Of a DNA stretch of 64,000 nucleotides, positions 44,025 to 55,520 are shown one piece after another. Source of the stretch: a cyanobacterium endosymbiont of Rhopalodia gibba. Its GTDB lineage: Bacteria; Cyanobacteriota; Cyanobacteriia; Cyanobacteriales; Microcystaceae. The notes below the pieces were generated by a model. It saw only the letters and a program-made list of their open reading frames with translations, made no database searches and had not been told where the DNA came from. Every line of letters starts with the position of its first letter. Within the stretch, counting starts at the first letter, position 1. The stretch covers positions 576,001 through 640,000 of the forward strand of contig CP067995.1 of assembly GCA_045159875.1 (NCBI GenBank), given 5' to 3'. Position numbers and translations under genes: made by a program.

Positions 44025-45240
44025 CCATTCAAAACTAACCATTTTAGGTTCAAATTATGAGTATAGGGATGATTTGGAAACTCGGTGTTTATTCGAAATC
44101 GATTTTTAGATAGAAATCAAAAGAAATGTTGGGTAGTTCTTCTTTATAAAGCTTTTCTTGGTGTGGGATGATCATACAATGATTTGTTTAAATATAATTG
44201 ATCTTGCTCTAATTAAACTGTTAATTCCTTTTGGTAACAAAAAGCTATTAAAATCGTAATTACCCAAGCAGGAGAAAGCATAAAAGAATCTGTAGATGAA
44301 TAATATGATTATCAAAACTTGTAAAGATGAGAGAATTTATCCAGTGCTCAGTCTTTGTATCCATGCCCTGAATCGATGGTTAAATTAACTAGTTCAAAAC
44401 TTACTTTTATCTAAAATAACTTAGGTGTAATAATAAAGTCGCTTAGGCGACTGCTGTAGCTTCTACTAATGTTGCTATAGAAGTGATAAGTCTGAATCAA
44501 TAGGTTTTTCTTCCCCCAAAGTATCTGCTTCAGTTGAGATGAATGAGTTGAGGATTAGATTTGAGAAAAGATTTCCCTTGTCTTTAGTAAAACTCTTTTC
44601 TTTTCTCGGTAGTGGTCTCTAATCCTAATTATTTTTAAAAAAGTAGAGAATAAATCGCTTTTTTCTAAAATTCACTTGTTTGTATCTATTATCTTTATAA
44701 TCCAATAACTTGTCTAAAACTGTTTTTTAAAAAAAGTATTTTTTTAAAATTTACTTATTCTAAATCAACTTAAATCTAATTATTTTTTTTAGTAATTAAT
44801 ATTACTTAAATCAACTTGTTTTGAATCTAATCGGGATAAAATAACTTTTATCTCTTCTTTAAGATTAATAAAGTAAGCTCCCTTAAACTGTAAGTAACCT
44901 CCTTGTTACACCTTTAAATGGTTAAGTGCTTAAGTTTAATAAAAATACTACACAAGTTAAATTAATTTCAGTATGATTGACTTACTTAAAATTGGCAGAA
45001 AAAATTTTTAAAAAAAATTTAACTTCATTTATTTTAATTTTAATCAAAGAAAAATTACTTAAATTAGATTATTTTAAATTAGCTCCTGATAATCCGACTT
45101 CCAATATTTTTTTGTGCTCATTGCGCTTCTTTAAGCTTAGTTTTTTTTTAAGCATTAAATAAAAAATATTAATCTTACAAAATATTGTCTTTGCTTTTTT
45201 AAAAGCCTGGTTGATAAATAAGTTTAGTTGCTATCAATAA

Positions 45241-45957
45241 TCACCAATTAACTTGAGAAGTCACTTGTATTAACCAAGGATGTACCCACCAGAATAACTC
45301 CACAAAAATGAGAATTCCTAGATAAGCTGGTTTAAAAAATTCCTGACATTTTAGAGATTGACGACCCTCAAGAATAGCTAAAAAAGGAATAATGGAAGTC
45401 CGTTTTTTCACATCAAGAAAAGCTTCTCCATAGTATTTTCTGAGGCGATAGTCTCCATGCCACACGGCAAATAAATGGTGAGTAACTAATCCTAATGATG
45501 TCACCAAAGTAAAAGTAGTCCCTAGCCATAAGGTATGAGTAATACACCAAATCACTTGACCAACCATTTGGGGATGGCGACAAATTCGAAGAATACCTGT
45601 TTCGTAAAGATGAACTTGGGGTTTAGAGATTGCCGCAATTTCCAGAAGATTAAAAGTAGCTGGATACAAAAATAAAAAAGATATAGCACTAAAAAACCAA
45701 ACGAGAGCTTTAACCCCCTGATATCTTTGAAATTGCCATAAAATTAAGCCATCATAGCGATGATTAAAAAAGTAAATAATTAAAATTATTGCCAAGGGAA
45801 TATTGACAAAGGCAAACATAACACGATAAAGTCTCGGTCCAATTTTATTTTCTCCCCAAGGACGCAAGGCTGCTAGTCCACTATGGACAATAGCAAATCC
45901 TAAAAGTAACCCTAAAATAATTCCATGACTTGGTGTTAACCAGGTTGGTAAAGCCAT
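45241..45957 (-). CDS. NnrU family protein, 15-cis-zeta-carotene isomerase (Z-ISO)-like
   Basis: HSGLAALR, YPATFNLLEIAAI, GILRICRHPQMVGQ, HHLFAVWHGD. Confidence 0.85.
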   Translation of the reverse strand: MALPTWLTPSHGIILGLLLGFAIVHSGLAALRPWGENKIGPRLYRVMFAFVNIPLAIILIIYFFNHRYDGLILWQFQRYQGVKALVWFFSAISFLFLYPATFNLLEIAAISKPQVHLYETGILRICRHPQMVGQVIWCITHTLWLGTTFTLVTSLGLVTHHLFAVWHGDYRLRKYYGEAFLDVKKRTSIIPFLAILEGRQSLKCQEFFKPAYLGILIFVELFWWVHPWLIQVTSQVNW

Positions 45958-45984
45958 TAGTATTTTTGTTTTTAATTAAAAAAA

Positions 45985-46020
45985 TTAGTATGGTTTGACA
46001 TCTTTGTCAAACCATACTAA
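45985..46020. repeat. Perfect inverted repeat, 16-bp arms, in a divergent promoter
   Basis: ttagtatggtttgaca tctt tgtcaaaccatactaa. Confidence 0.9.
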
Positions 46021-46162
46021 AGGATTTTGATCCCCATCGTATGTTACTGTCGTTTTCAATGGGGATAAGTGTACCCTATTGAGGATATCCCGTCATCAAA
46101 GTTAAGTTAATAGTTTAAAATAGCCTTCTTGGTTAACTCCTTGCCTATTTTTTAATAAACCT

Positions 46163-47161
46163 ATGGTAGACATTCCCTTTACATTAGATCAACTCCGCAT
46201 CCTCAAGGCTATCGCTTCTGAGGGGAGTTTTAAACGGGCGGCAGATACTTTATACGTTTCTCAACCGGCTGTTAGTCTCCAAGTTCAAAATTTAGAAAAA
46301 CAACTCAATGTCCCCTTATTTGATCGAGGTGGCCGTAAAGCGCGATTGACAGAAGCTGGACATCTTCTGCTGTCTTATGGCGAAAAAATCATTACCCTCT
46401 GTCAAGAGACCTGTCGAGTGATCGAAGATCTACAAAATCTTCAAGGGGGAACTTTGACTGTAGGGGCATCCCAAACTACGGGAACTTACCTTCTTCCTAG
46501 AATGATTGGCTTGTTTCACAAAAAATATCCCGATGTTTCGGTGCAACTGCAGGTTCATTCTACCAGACGGACTTCTTGGGGGGTGGCAAACGGACAGGTA
46601 GATTTAGCGATTATTGGAGGAGAAGTTCCGAGTGAACTCCAAGAAATCTTAAAAGTCCGTCCTTATGCTGAAGATGAATTAACATTGATTTTACCAGTTT
46701 CTCATCCTTTAACTAAGGTAGAAACAATTCAAAAAGAGGATTTATACCGCCTTGATTTTATTGTATTAGACTCCCAGTCTACCATTCGCAAAGTGATAGA
46801 TAAGGTGTTAAATCGCTGTGATATCGATACAAAACGTCTTAGAATAGAAATGGAACTTAACTCAATTGAAGCAATAAAAAACGCGGTTCAAGCAGGATTA
46901 GGTGTCGCGTTTGTTTCTATTACAGCTGTTAAGAAAGAATTGGAAATGAAAGAACTTCATGTTGGCCGTATTAAAGATATAGAAGTTCAGCGAACTTTGT
47001 CTGTAATTACAAACCCAACTCGTTATCGTTCAAAGGCCGCTGAAGCATTTATTACGGAGATACTACCAGAATTCTCCAGCTATAAAGAAACCTTGGATTT
47101 CGAACTTGTTTCCCCTGATTCTGCTAATTCGTTAAAAGAACCTGCCTCTAAAATAATATGA
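46163..47161 (+). CDS. rbcR: LysR regulator, RbcR/Ycf30 (Sll0998) type
   Basis: [51 protein letters not shown]. Confidence 0.82.
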   Translation: MVDIPFTLDQLRILKAIASEGSFKRAADTLYVSQPAVSLQVQNLEKQLNVPLFDRGGRKARLTEAGHLLLSYGEKIITLCQETCRVIEDLQNLQGGTLTVGASQTTGTYLLPRMIGLFHKKYPDVSVQLQVHSTRRTSWGVANGQVDLAIIGGEVPSELQEILKVRPYAEDELTLILPVSHPLTKVETIQKEDLYRLDFIVLDSQSTIRKVIDKVLNRCDIDTKRLRIEMELNSIEAIKNAVQAGLGVAFVSITAVKKELEMKELHVGRIKDIEVQRTLSVITNPTRYRSKAAEAFITEILPEFSSYKETLDFELVSPDSANSLKEPASKII

Positions 47162-47176
47162 TTTAGGGATAATCAA

Positions 47177-48715
47177 TCAATATGGAATATTGTGACGATG
47201 ATAAAGATGAAGGATTTTATCAGTCACTTCTTCTATCGTCAGCCCGTCAGTATTAATGGCAATAGCATCAGCGGCTTGACGTAAGGGAGCAAGAGAACGA
47301 TGACTATCTTGATAGTCCCTTTTTTCAATCTCTTGCTCAAGTTCTTTCAAGGTAATTCTATTGTGTCCTTGATCTTGAAAGTCTTGCCAACGCCTCCTGG
47401 CGCGCTCGGACACTGAAGCTGTCAAAAAAATTTTAAGGTCGGCATCAGGAAAAAGATTAGTTCCAATGTCCCGTCCTTCTGCAACTACTCCTCCTTTTTT
47501 CCCAAATTGTTGCTGATAACAGACTAATTTATCTCGTACAGCTCGTTGTGCAGAAACTTGAGAGACTAAGGCGGTCACTTCAGGAGTGCGAATTACTTCT
47601 GTAACATCTTCCCCATTTATCTTAAGACGAGGAAGTGTGTCGTCTGTTGTCAAGAGAAATTCTAAGGTGACTTGGGAAACTAATTCCGCAATCGCCTCGG
47701 GAGCATCGGGAGAAACTCCTGAACGTTGCACCAGCCAAGCAATTGCCCGATACATGGATCCCGTGTCCAAATAAAGTAAATTTAAGGCTTTAGCCACTCG
47801 ACGGGTAACAGTAGACTTTCCTGCACCAGCTGGTCCATCAATCGCAATAATAGGTTTACGAATCCGAAGAATGACATTATCAATTAAACGGGTTGAGCCA
47901 ACATAAGCTGCGACTGCTAATAACCCAGTATCTTCAATTTTGTCTAGGACAGTTAAGGTATCAGGATCTACTAGAGAAACGTATTGTATCTTAACCCCAG
48001 GATTTAATGCTAATTCTTGCTCGAAAATGTCGAGCAGTCGTTTTGCGATACGTTCCCCCTCATTAAAAACTTGTTGTACCTTTTTGAGCCCTTTAAATAA
48101 AGCTAGGGCTTGTTTTCGTTCTTCTTGACTTAAATATTGATTGCGGGAACTATAAGCGAGTCCCGACAATTCTCTGACAATGGGACAGCTTTTGATCGTC
48201 ACGGGTAAATTCAAGTCTCTGACTAGCTGCCTAATGATTGCAAGTTGTTGAGCATCTTTTTCTCCAAAAAAAGCGACATCAGGAGTCACAATAATCAATA
48301 ATTTCGTGACAATAGTAGCAACTCCTGGAAAATGTCCAGGACGAAAGGCTCCGCATAACGAGGAGATCATTGACAACGGTGGTATTACCGTCGTGGTAGA
48401 CTTCTGATGATTATTCTTTATACCCATCTCTTGAGGTGTGGGTGCAAATATTACCTTTACTCCTAATTCTTTGCACAGTTGACAGTCCTGCTCCAATTGT
48501 TGGGGATACTCTTCTAAATCCTCATGAGCCCCAAACTGAAGAGGATTAACAAAAATACTAACTACCACAAGATCAGTTTCAATGATAGCGCGACAAATTA
48601 GACTGATGTGTCCAGGGTGTAAAGCTCCCATCGTGGGAACTAAGCCTAAAGATAGCTCAAAGGGTTGATTTTTTAAATAGGCACGTAACCCAGCTACGGT
48701 TTTAAAAATACGCAT
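47177..48715 (-). CDS. panC/cmk: Bifunctional pantoate-beta-alanine ligase / cytidylate kinase
   Basis: VPTMGALHPGH, FGEKDAQQL, AIDGPAGAGKST, AEGRDIGT; start ATG 48715. Confidence 0.95.
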   Translation of the reverse strand: MRIFKTVAGLRAYLKNQPFELSLGLVPTMGALHPGHISLICRAIIETDLVVVSIFVNPLQFGAHEDLEEYPQQLEQDCQLCKELGVKVIFAPTPQEMGIKNNHQKSTTTVIPPLSMISSLCGAFRPGHFPGVATIVTKLLIIVTPDVAFFGEKDAQQLAIIRQLVRDLNLPVTIKSCPIVRELSGLAYSSRNQYLSQEERKQALALFKGLKKVQQVFNEGERIAKRLLDIFEQELALNPGVKIQYVSLVDPDTLTVLDKIEDTGLLAVAAYVGSTRLIDNVILRIRKPIIAIDGPAGAGKSTVTRRVAKALNLLYLDTGSMYRAIAWLVQRSGVSPDAPEAIAELVSQVTLEFLLTTDDTLPRLKINGEDVTEVIRTPEVTALVSQVSAQRAVRDKLVCYQQQFGKKGGVVAEGRDIGTNLFPDADLKIFLTASVSERARRRWQDFQDQGHNRITLKELEQEIEKRDYQDSHRSLAPLRQAADAIAINTDGLTIEEVTDKILHLYHRHNIPY

Positions 48716-48867
48716 TTTTATTATTTGGTTATCACGAATGAATTCGGATGCATAAGGATAAGAGACAAAAGTTGACTTAGCGAAGGTTTGTATTTTTTTA
48801 CTGATGTCAAACACCTTAATATGTGCTGCGGTAATTGGAAAAGTTTTTATTCACTCATTACCAATTA

Positions 48868-49827
48868 TTATTTTAAACGTCCCAAAATTTCAATTTGTAC
48901 TGGAGCTACACCACTCCCCATCAAGCCGATCACTCGGGCTGCGCCTTTGGATAAATCAATGATCCGTCCATGGGCATAGGGACCACGATCATTGATGCGA
49001 ACGGTTATTGAACGACCGTTATTGAGGTTAGTCACCCGAACTCTCGTTCCAAAAGGAAGATTTTTATGAGCTGCTGTTAAACCGTTTTGATTGTACCGTT
49101 CTCCATTAGCAGTCAAGCGACCGTGAAATCCCGGGCCATACCAAGATGCCATTCCTTTACGAAGACTAGTTCCTTGTTTTTTGATTCCTGCTCTTAGCAT
49201 TTCTGGAGCAGCTGAGGAAATATTAGCAATGGTATTTAAGGGGAGTGCATCTCCCATCAACCGACGTAAGCGATTTGTGGCTTGTAGCGCGTCGGCCGCC
49301 AAATTGTTAGTAGTGTCTGATAAGATAGTCTGACTATCAATAGTAACAAGTTCTTTATCACTCAATTTGATTGTGTAAGATTTATCTTTAACGTTTGCAC
49401 TAACAGTGATATTTTTAGAGTCAAATTCTTCATTGTGACTCACTTCGTTTAGGCGTTTAGCGACAGTTTTAGCACGGTTCATGACATCAGTGTCAGCTTG
49501 GACTTGTTCAGAACTATTTTCGCTATTTTTAATTTTGATGAGATCGGCTTTTGTTCCAATAAAAGTGAGAATAGGTATTGTTCGTACTCTAAGCGTTACA
49601 ACCAATTTAGATTTCCACTGATGGGGATGGAGAGTAACTACCGCACTTTTATCGGAACTTTCTGTTATTGTTATCGTCCTTTTCCCTAGGAGTTCTCTTT
49701 GGTCATTATTTTGATCTCTAAAATAAAACGCTACTGAGCTATTTAAGGACCCCCACAAAAGGAGTGGTGTCCCTAAACTGGTAGTTAATACTATGGCTGC
49801 TAGTCCTTTCCAAGTTTTTTTTATCAT
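48868..49827 (-). CDS. rlpA: Septal ring lytic transglycosylase RlpA family
   Basis: GMASWYGPGFHG, TAAHKNLPFGT, RINDRGPY, IIDLS; start uncertain. Confidence 0.88.
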   Translation of the reverse strand: MIKKTWKGLAAIVLTTSLGTPLLLWGSLNSSVAFYFRDQNNDQRELLGKRTITITESSDKSAVVTLHPHQWKSKLVVTLRVRTIPILTFIGTKADLIKIKNSENSSEQVQADTDVMNRAKTVAKRLNEVSHNEEFDSKNITVSANVKDKSYTIKLSDKELVTIDSQTILSDTTNNLAADALQATNRLRRLMGDALPLNTIANISSAAPEMLRAGIKKQGTSLRKGMASWYGPGFHGRLTANGERYNQNGLTAAHKNLPFGTRVRVTNLNNGRSITVRINDRGPYAHGRIIDLSKGAARVIGLMGSGVAPVQIEILGRLK

Positions 49828-50005
49828 GGGTGTTTTGTTAAGTGAGTGGTGTAATCCCTCGAAATCTCGATGATTCAGTGAATTTGGCAATGTTGACTCC
49901 TCACGTAACTGCTTTACATTTATTTAAACTGTTACACGGTAACACGAATTTTTTATGGAGTGTTTTCTGGTAATTAGTTATGTAGATTTCTATCAATAAT
50001 TTTTT

Positions 50006-50057
50006 ATACTAATGACTTGGTCAATTATTGTGATTAGATTGACCAAGTCATTAGTAT
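50006..50057. repeat. Perfect inverted repeat, 20-bp arms, 12-nt loop
   Basis: atactaatgacttggtcaat ... attgaccaagtcattagtat. Confidence 0.93.
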
Positions 50058-51644
50058 TGTTGATGAGCGTTATTACTTAATTGCTAAGCAATCTAAGGAG
50101 ATGATACAGTTTGACCACTTATTCAATGAGCATCGTATGTGTAGTATAAAAAATATCAAAATCATATGCATAGGCAAGAATACGCAATATATTTAATATA
50201 ATCTCCATTTAATCTCCAAAAAATAAAATTATTCTTGGAGGGTTTAATTAAAATTTTCAATAAGTAAGTCGTTAATAAAATTTTTTCAAGCAGATGTAAT
50301 TAACAATTTTTAAAAAATATTTAAGTAAACTTAAATAAAAAAGTATCATTGACAATTAAGTATTGGAGTATGAAAATATAGTAGTTTATTTTATTACTTT
50401 ATAAGTTAATTTTTATTTCTATTATTATTTTTATAACTTTGTATTTCCCACTACTTAGATATATTCTCACTTCCTATAGTAGCCATAACTGTTACTATAG
50501 GAAGTTATAGCTTTTTTGAAAGTTAAAATTACCGTATTACCGCACCTCAAGTTAAAAATACTTTTAGTTTTATGTATTCCATTGATTATTCTATGGATAA
50601 ACTACTAAATAGTAGAAAATTAGGATAAATTTTAGTAGGCAATTATCAATATTCAAGTTAAATTTTTTATTAAAAAAGTTAGGTTATTAAAGTTTACATT
50701 ATTGAGTGAGAAAACTTAAATTATTAAAATCTTTAATTTTAATAAAAAATTTAAAAAAAAACAAGATCATCAAATCACAGTAACTTTAAATAAAAAGTTA
50801 TCTGTGCTATTTCAAAAAATTAATACTGTGGTTGGTACTTGACCATTAAACCGATTTATAGTTGCTGAAATAGCAATCATTTCCAACAAGTAACCTTAAA
50901 ATGATTATCTCATCTTCGGGCTTTGAATCCAGGATAGCAAGTATTAATAGCTCATGAGTTAGCTACAGATTTAATCAGATCAATTGCAACAGAAAAAAAC
51001 ACAAATTTATCGATGTTCCTGCTTATAGTTAGAGAAATTAGAAAGAGCTTGTGGTAAGATTTAGTTTAAAATTTTGGATTGTATTTTTAATAAAAATTTT
51101 ATTAACTACTTTATAGTTTATAAAATTTTATAATTAACTTATAATCGCAAAAGTTGAGTATTATAAATTAATATATTAGTTAATATAAATAATTTGCCTT
51201 AGGTATTCTTTTAAAAGAAGAACATCTATCAACTATTGTTTATTTTGCTTAAAAAAATATCATTGAATAAATATGAATAAAATCTGGATATATTTTTTTA
51301 TATTCCAAATTAGTTCAGGCTCTTTCATTAAAAGAATGACAACATGAAGATGAGAAGAGAAAATAGAAAAAAAGAGTAATTGTTTGTATAAAAATGTACA
51401 ATACAGATATCATATTTAGATATAGAAGACACAATTATTGTTTTATTTAATTCTACAGACTCTAATGAAAACTGAATACATAGAGTTGAGTCTAATTGAA
51501 GTGATTAGGTGTCGATTTAATTATTAAAAGGATATATATACACCTCATCATAACTTAAAGGATTAAGTTTTATCAATATGGATAACTTTTCCCTTGTAAT
51601 ATCATTAGATATAGTAACCTAATACAGACATTGTTATTACTGCA

Positions 51645-54515
51645 GTGATAGAACCCAAAAGCTACAAGGATACCGTAAACTTACCTCAGACTGACTTCAG
51701 TATGCGCGCTAACGCCGTAGAGCGTGAGTTGGAATTACAAAAATTTTGGTCAGAAAACAAAATTTATGAGCAGATGTCACTAAATAACTCAGGAGACCTA
51801 TTCATTCTCCATGATGGGCCCCCCTACGCTAATGGATCTCTCCATATGGGTCATGCATTAAATAAAATCCTTAAAGACATCATCAATAAATACAAGCTAC
51901 TGCGGGGTTATAAAGTACGCTATGTTCCAGGGTGGGACTGTCACGGACTTCCCATTGAATTAAAAGTGTTACAAAGTATGAAATCCAAAGAACGGGAGAG
52001 TTTGACTCCTCTTAAACTTCGTCAAGAAGCCCGTAATTTTGCCCTTAAAACCCAACAGAAACAGGCAGAAAGTTTTAAAAGATATGGAGTTTGGGGAGAT
52101 TGGAAAAACCCTTATTTAACCCTAACTCCTGAATACGAGGGCGCACAGGTTGGGGTGTTCGGTGAAATGGCACTTAAAGGTTATATATATCGGGGACTCA
52201 AACCTGTTCACTGGAGTCCTAGTTCTCGGACTGCATTAGCTGAAGCAGAATTAGAATATCCTGAAGGTCATATTTCCCAGAGTGTTTTTGCCGCTTTTCC
52301 TGTTACTAAATCTTCAGAAGTTGCTCAAGAGATTTTAAATCCATTTCTTTCTAACTTGGGAGTTGCTATCTGGACAACTACTCCTTGGACTCTTCCTGGT
52401 AATTTAGCTGTTGCTCTTAATCCCGACCTAACTTATGCTATTGTTGAACTAACTTCTGATCTTTGTAACTATCAATACCTCATTGTTGCAGCTGATTTAG
52501 TAGAACGGTTATCAGGAACTTTTAGAACTTTTTTGAAAGTCAAAACAACTTTTCAAGGAAAAGTTTTAGAACATACTGTTTATCGCCATCCTTTGTATGA
52601 TCGAGAAAGTGAAATTGTCATCGGCGGGGACTATGTTACTATAGAATCAGGAACAGGTTTAGTTCATATCGCACCTGGCCATGGACAAGAAGATTATATA
52701 GTTGGTCAACGGTATGGATTAAAAATTTTATCTCCAGTAGACGATCAGGGAAACTTTACAGAAGAAGCTGGACAATTTGCAGGATTAAATGTTCTAAAAG
52801 ATGCTAATAGAGCTATTATTGATGAATTAAAAAATCGAGGATCTCTACTCAAAGAAGAACTTTATTCACATAAATATCCCTATGATTGGCGAACAAAAAA
52901 ACCAACGATATTTCGTGCTACGGAACAATGGTTTGCCTCAGTGGAAGGTTTTCGTAAGGCGGCTTTAGAGGCAATAAAATCTGTCAATTGGATTCCACAG
53001 CAAGGAGAAAATCGCATTACTCATATGGTAGGTGATCGCTTAGATTGGTGTATTTCCCGTCAGCGTAATTGGGGAGTTCCTATTCCTGTTTTTTATAACG
53101 AAGAAACTAATAAACCTTTATTAACAGAAGAAACTATTAATCATGTACAAGCTATTTTTTCAGAAAAAGGTTCTGATGCTTGGTGGGAACTTTCTATTGA
53201 AGAGTTACTACCAAAGAAATATAACCAAGATGCCTATAAATATCGTAAAGGAACTGATACCATGGACGTCTGGTTTGACTCTGGTTCCTCTTGGGCAGCA
53301 GTAACAAAACAACGAGGAGAATTAAAATATCCCGTAGATATTTATTTAGAAGGAACTGATCAACATCGAGGGTGGTTTCAATCAAGTTTATTAACTAGTG
53401 TTGCTGTTAATGGAATTGCTCCCTATAAAACGGTATTGACGCATGGTTTTGTCTTAGATGAAAAAGGACATAAAATGAGTAAATCTTTAGGAAATATCGT
53501 TGATCCATTTATCATTATAAATGGAGGGAAAGATCTGAAGAAAGCCCCGCCTTATGGCGCTGATGTACTACGTTTATGGGTGTCATCTGTTGACTATTCC
53601 TCTGATGTACTTATTGGTCAAAATATCATAAAACAACTATCAGATACTTACCGAAAAATACGTAATACAACTAGATTTCTGTTGGGCAATTTAAATGATT
53701 TTGACCCAGAAAAGAATACAGTTAATTACTTAGACTTGCCAGAGTTAGATCAATATATGCTACACCGTATTATTGATGTTTTTGCAGAGGTAACTGATGC
53801 GTTTGAAAAATTCCAATTTTTTCGTTTCTTTCAAACAGTTCAAAATTTCTGTGTAATAGATTTATCTAATTTTTATTTGGATATTGCTAAAGATAGACTC
53901 TATATCTCCCATTCTGATGCGTTACGTCGTCGTAGTTGTCAAACGGTGTTGAAAGTTGTCCTGGAAAATTTAGCTAAAGCAATCGCTCCCGTATTATGTC
54001 ACCTGGCAGAAGATATCTGGCAATTCTTGCCTTATAAAACTTTATATAAGTCTGTTTTTCAGTCAGGATGGGTAGAGACAAAAGAAGAATGGAAACGACC
54101 AGAATTAAGAGATTCTTGGGAAAAATTACGGCTGATCCGTAGGGAAGTTAATCAAGTAATGGAACAAGCCAGAAAAGAGAAAGCAGTGGGGTCTTCTCTG
54201 GATGCAAAGGTATTACTTTATGTATCGGACCAAGACTTAAAAAAGCATTTAAGACTGTTTAACTCTAAAACAAGCAATCAAGTAGATGAATTGCGTTATT
54301 TATTGTTAGCTTCTCAAGTAGAATTAGTTGATAGTCTTGAAGATATTCAAAAGACAGAGTATCAAAGTGAGTCTGAATTAGTTTCTGTTGGGGTAATTAA
54401 AGCAGATGGACAGAAATGTGAGCGCTGCTGGAACCACTCGACAAAGGTGGGAGAATTTAGTGATAATCCGACTATTTGTGAACGATGTAATTCTGCATTA
54501 GTGGGTGAATTTTAG
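51645..54515 (+). CDS. ileS: Isoleucine-tRNA ligase
   Basis: HDGPPYANG..HMGH, GWDCHGLPIE, KMSKS, C-terminal CERC..CERC Zn site. Confidence 0.98.
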   Translation: MIEPKSYKDTVNLPQTDFSMRANAVERELELQKFWSENKIYEQMSLNNSGDLFILHDGPPYANGSLHMGHALNKILKDIINKYKLLRGYKVRYVPGWDCHGLPIELKVLQSMKSKERESLTPLKLRQEARNFALKTQQKQAESFKRYGVWGDWKNPYLTLTPEYEGAQVGVFGEMALKGYIYRGLKPVHWSPSSRTALAEAELEYPEGHISQSVFAAFPVTKSSEVAQEILNPFLSNLGVAIWTTTPWTLPGNLAVALNPDLTYAIVELTSDLCNYQYLIVAADLVERLSGTFRTFLKVKTTFQGKVLEHTVYRHPLYDRESEIVIGGDYVTIESGTGLVHIAPGHGQEDYIVGQRYGLKILSPVDDQGNFTEEAGQFAGLNVLKDANRAIIDELKNRGSLLKEELYSHKYPYDWRTKKPTIFRATEQWFASVEGFRKAALEAIKSVNWIPQQGENRITHMVGDRLDWCISRQRNWGVPIPVFYNEETNKPLLTEETINHVQAIFSEKGSDAWWELSIEELLPKKYNQDAYKYRKGTDTMDVWFDSGSSWAAVTKQRGELKYPVDIYLEGTDQHRGWFQSSLLTSVAVNGIAPYKTVLTHGFVLDEKGHKMSKSLGNIVDPFIIINGGKDLKKAPPYGADVLRLWVSSVDYSSDVLIGQNIIKQLSDTYRKIRNTTRFLLGNLNDFDPEKNTVNYLDLPELDQYMLHRIIDVFAEVTDAFEKFQFFRFFQTVQNFCVIDLSNFYLDIAKDRLYISHSDALRRRSCQTVLKVVLENLAKAIAPVLCHLAEDIWQFLPYKTLYKSVFQSGWVETKEEWKRPELRDSWEKLRLIRREVNQVMEQARKEKAVGSSLDAKVLLYVSDQDLKKHLRLFNSKTSNQVDELRYLLLASQVELVDSLEDIQKTEYQSESELVSVGVIKADGQKCERCWNHSTKVGEFSDNPTICERCNSALVGEF

Positions 54516-54523
54516 AAACTTTT

Positions 54524-54554
54524 TAAGGTGCGTTAAGCTAGTTAGCACACCTTA
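54524..54554 (+). terminator. Hairpin after ileS
   Basis: taaggtgcgttaa-gctag-ttagcacacctta followed by tttt. Confidence 0.6.
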
Positions 54555-55470
54555 TTTTGAATATAAATAAAACTAATAACCACTTATAGTAAAAACTCAA
54601 TCTTTAAAATTTATTTTTTAAAGTTTATTAATCGATAATATTACTTTAATAGTTTTAAATAAGTTTTTAAATTCAGTAAAATTAATATATTTACTTTTCC
54701 TGAATAAAGCTTTTAAAAAAATTACTAAATTAAATTGATAGTAATCTATCCAATTTAATTATATTAACTATATGTTTTTTAACTTATATTTTTTGCATTT
54801 AAAATATTTTATAAGTTAAATAATCACCTAATCACTTATTAAGTATTTAATTTACTATTAAAAAGTAATTTTTCTTGCAATAAAAGTTTATCTAATAAAA
54901 TAGCAGGTTTAAGTTATTTAGTATGTTAAAAATTTTAAAAAAATAAAGGTTTTATAGTTTCTTGATGATAGATAATTATTGAAAATAAAAGTTAGATTTA
55001 ATGGAAAATATCTGTCTATGGTTTGCTTTAGAATAAAAATAATTTATTGGATTTATAGTATTTTTACTATAGTAAAATACCAAAAAATATAAGAAAAAAA
55101 ATAGTTACTATCTAAGTTTTTAGATAAAAAAGTATGTGATTTAACTACTTAAAAATAATAAATAATGATTAGTTTTTTTATAATTTTATAATGAATTATT
55201 ATATGCTATAAGCTTATAAATAAATTTGTAATTACACTTGCATTTTTTATTTAAAGAATTAGTAATATACCAAAAAACACATTTAACTCTCAATATGATG
55301 AAAATAATATGTTTAATAAAACATAAATAATGTTTTTAACAAAAGCTTATTTAATTCACATACAAAAAGTTTTTTTCATAGATAGAAATAATATAAATAA
55401 CTATCATCTTCAGTAAAGAACAACTACTAAAAGTATAGAATACTAAATTTAATTTCTATACTAGCCTAAA

Positions 55471-55520
55471 AAAATACAGTAAATTTAACCAATGATAATG
55501 AGTTAAATTTACTGTATTTT
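55471..55520. repeat. Perfect inverted repeat, 19-bp arms, 12-nt loop
   Basis: aaaatacagtaaatttaac ... gttaaatttactgtatttt. Confidence 0.92.
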
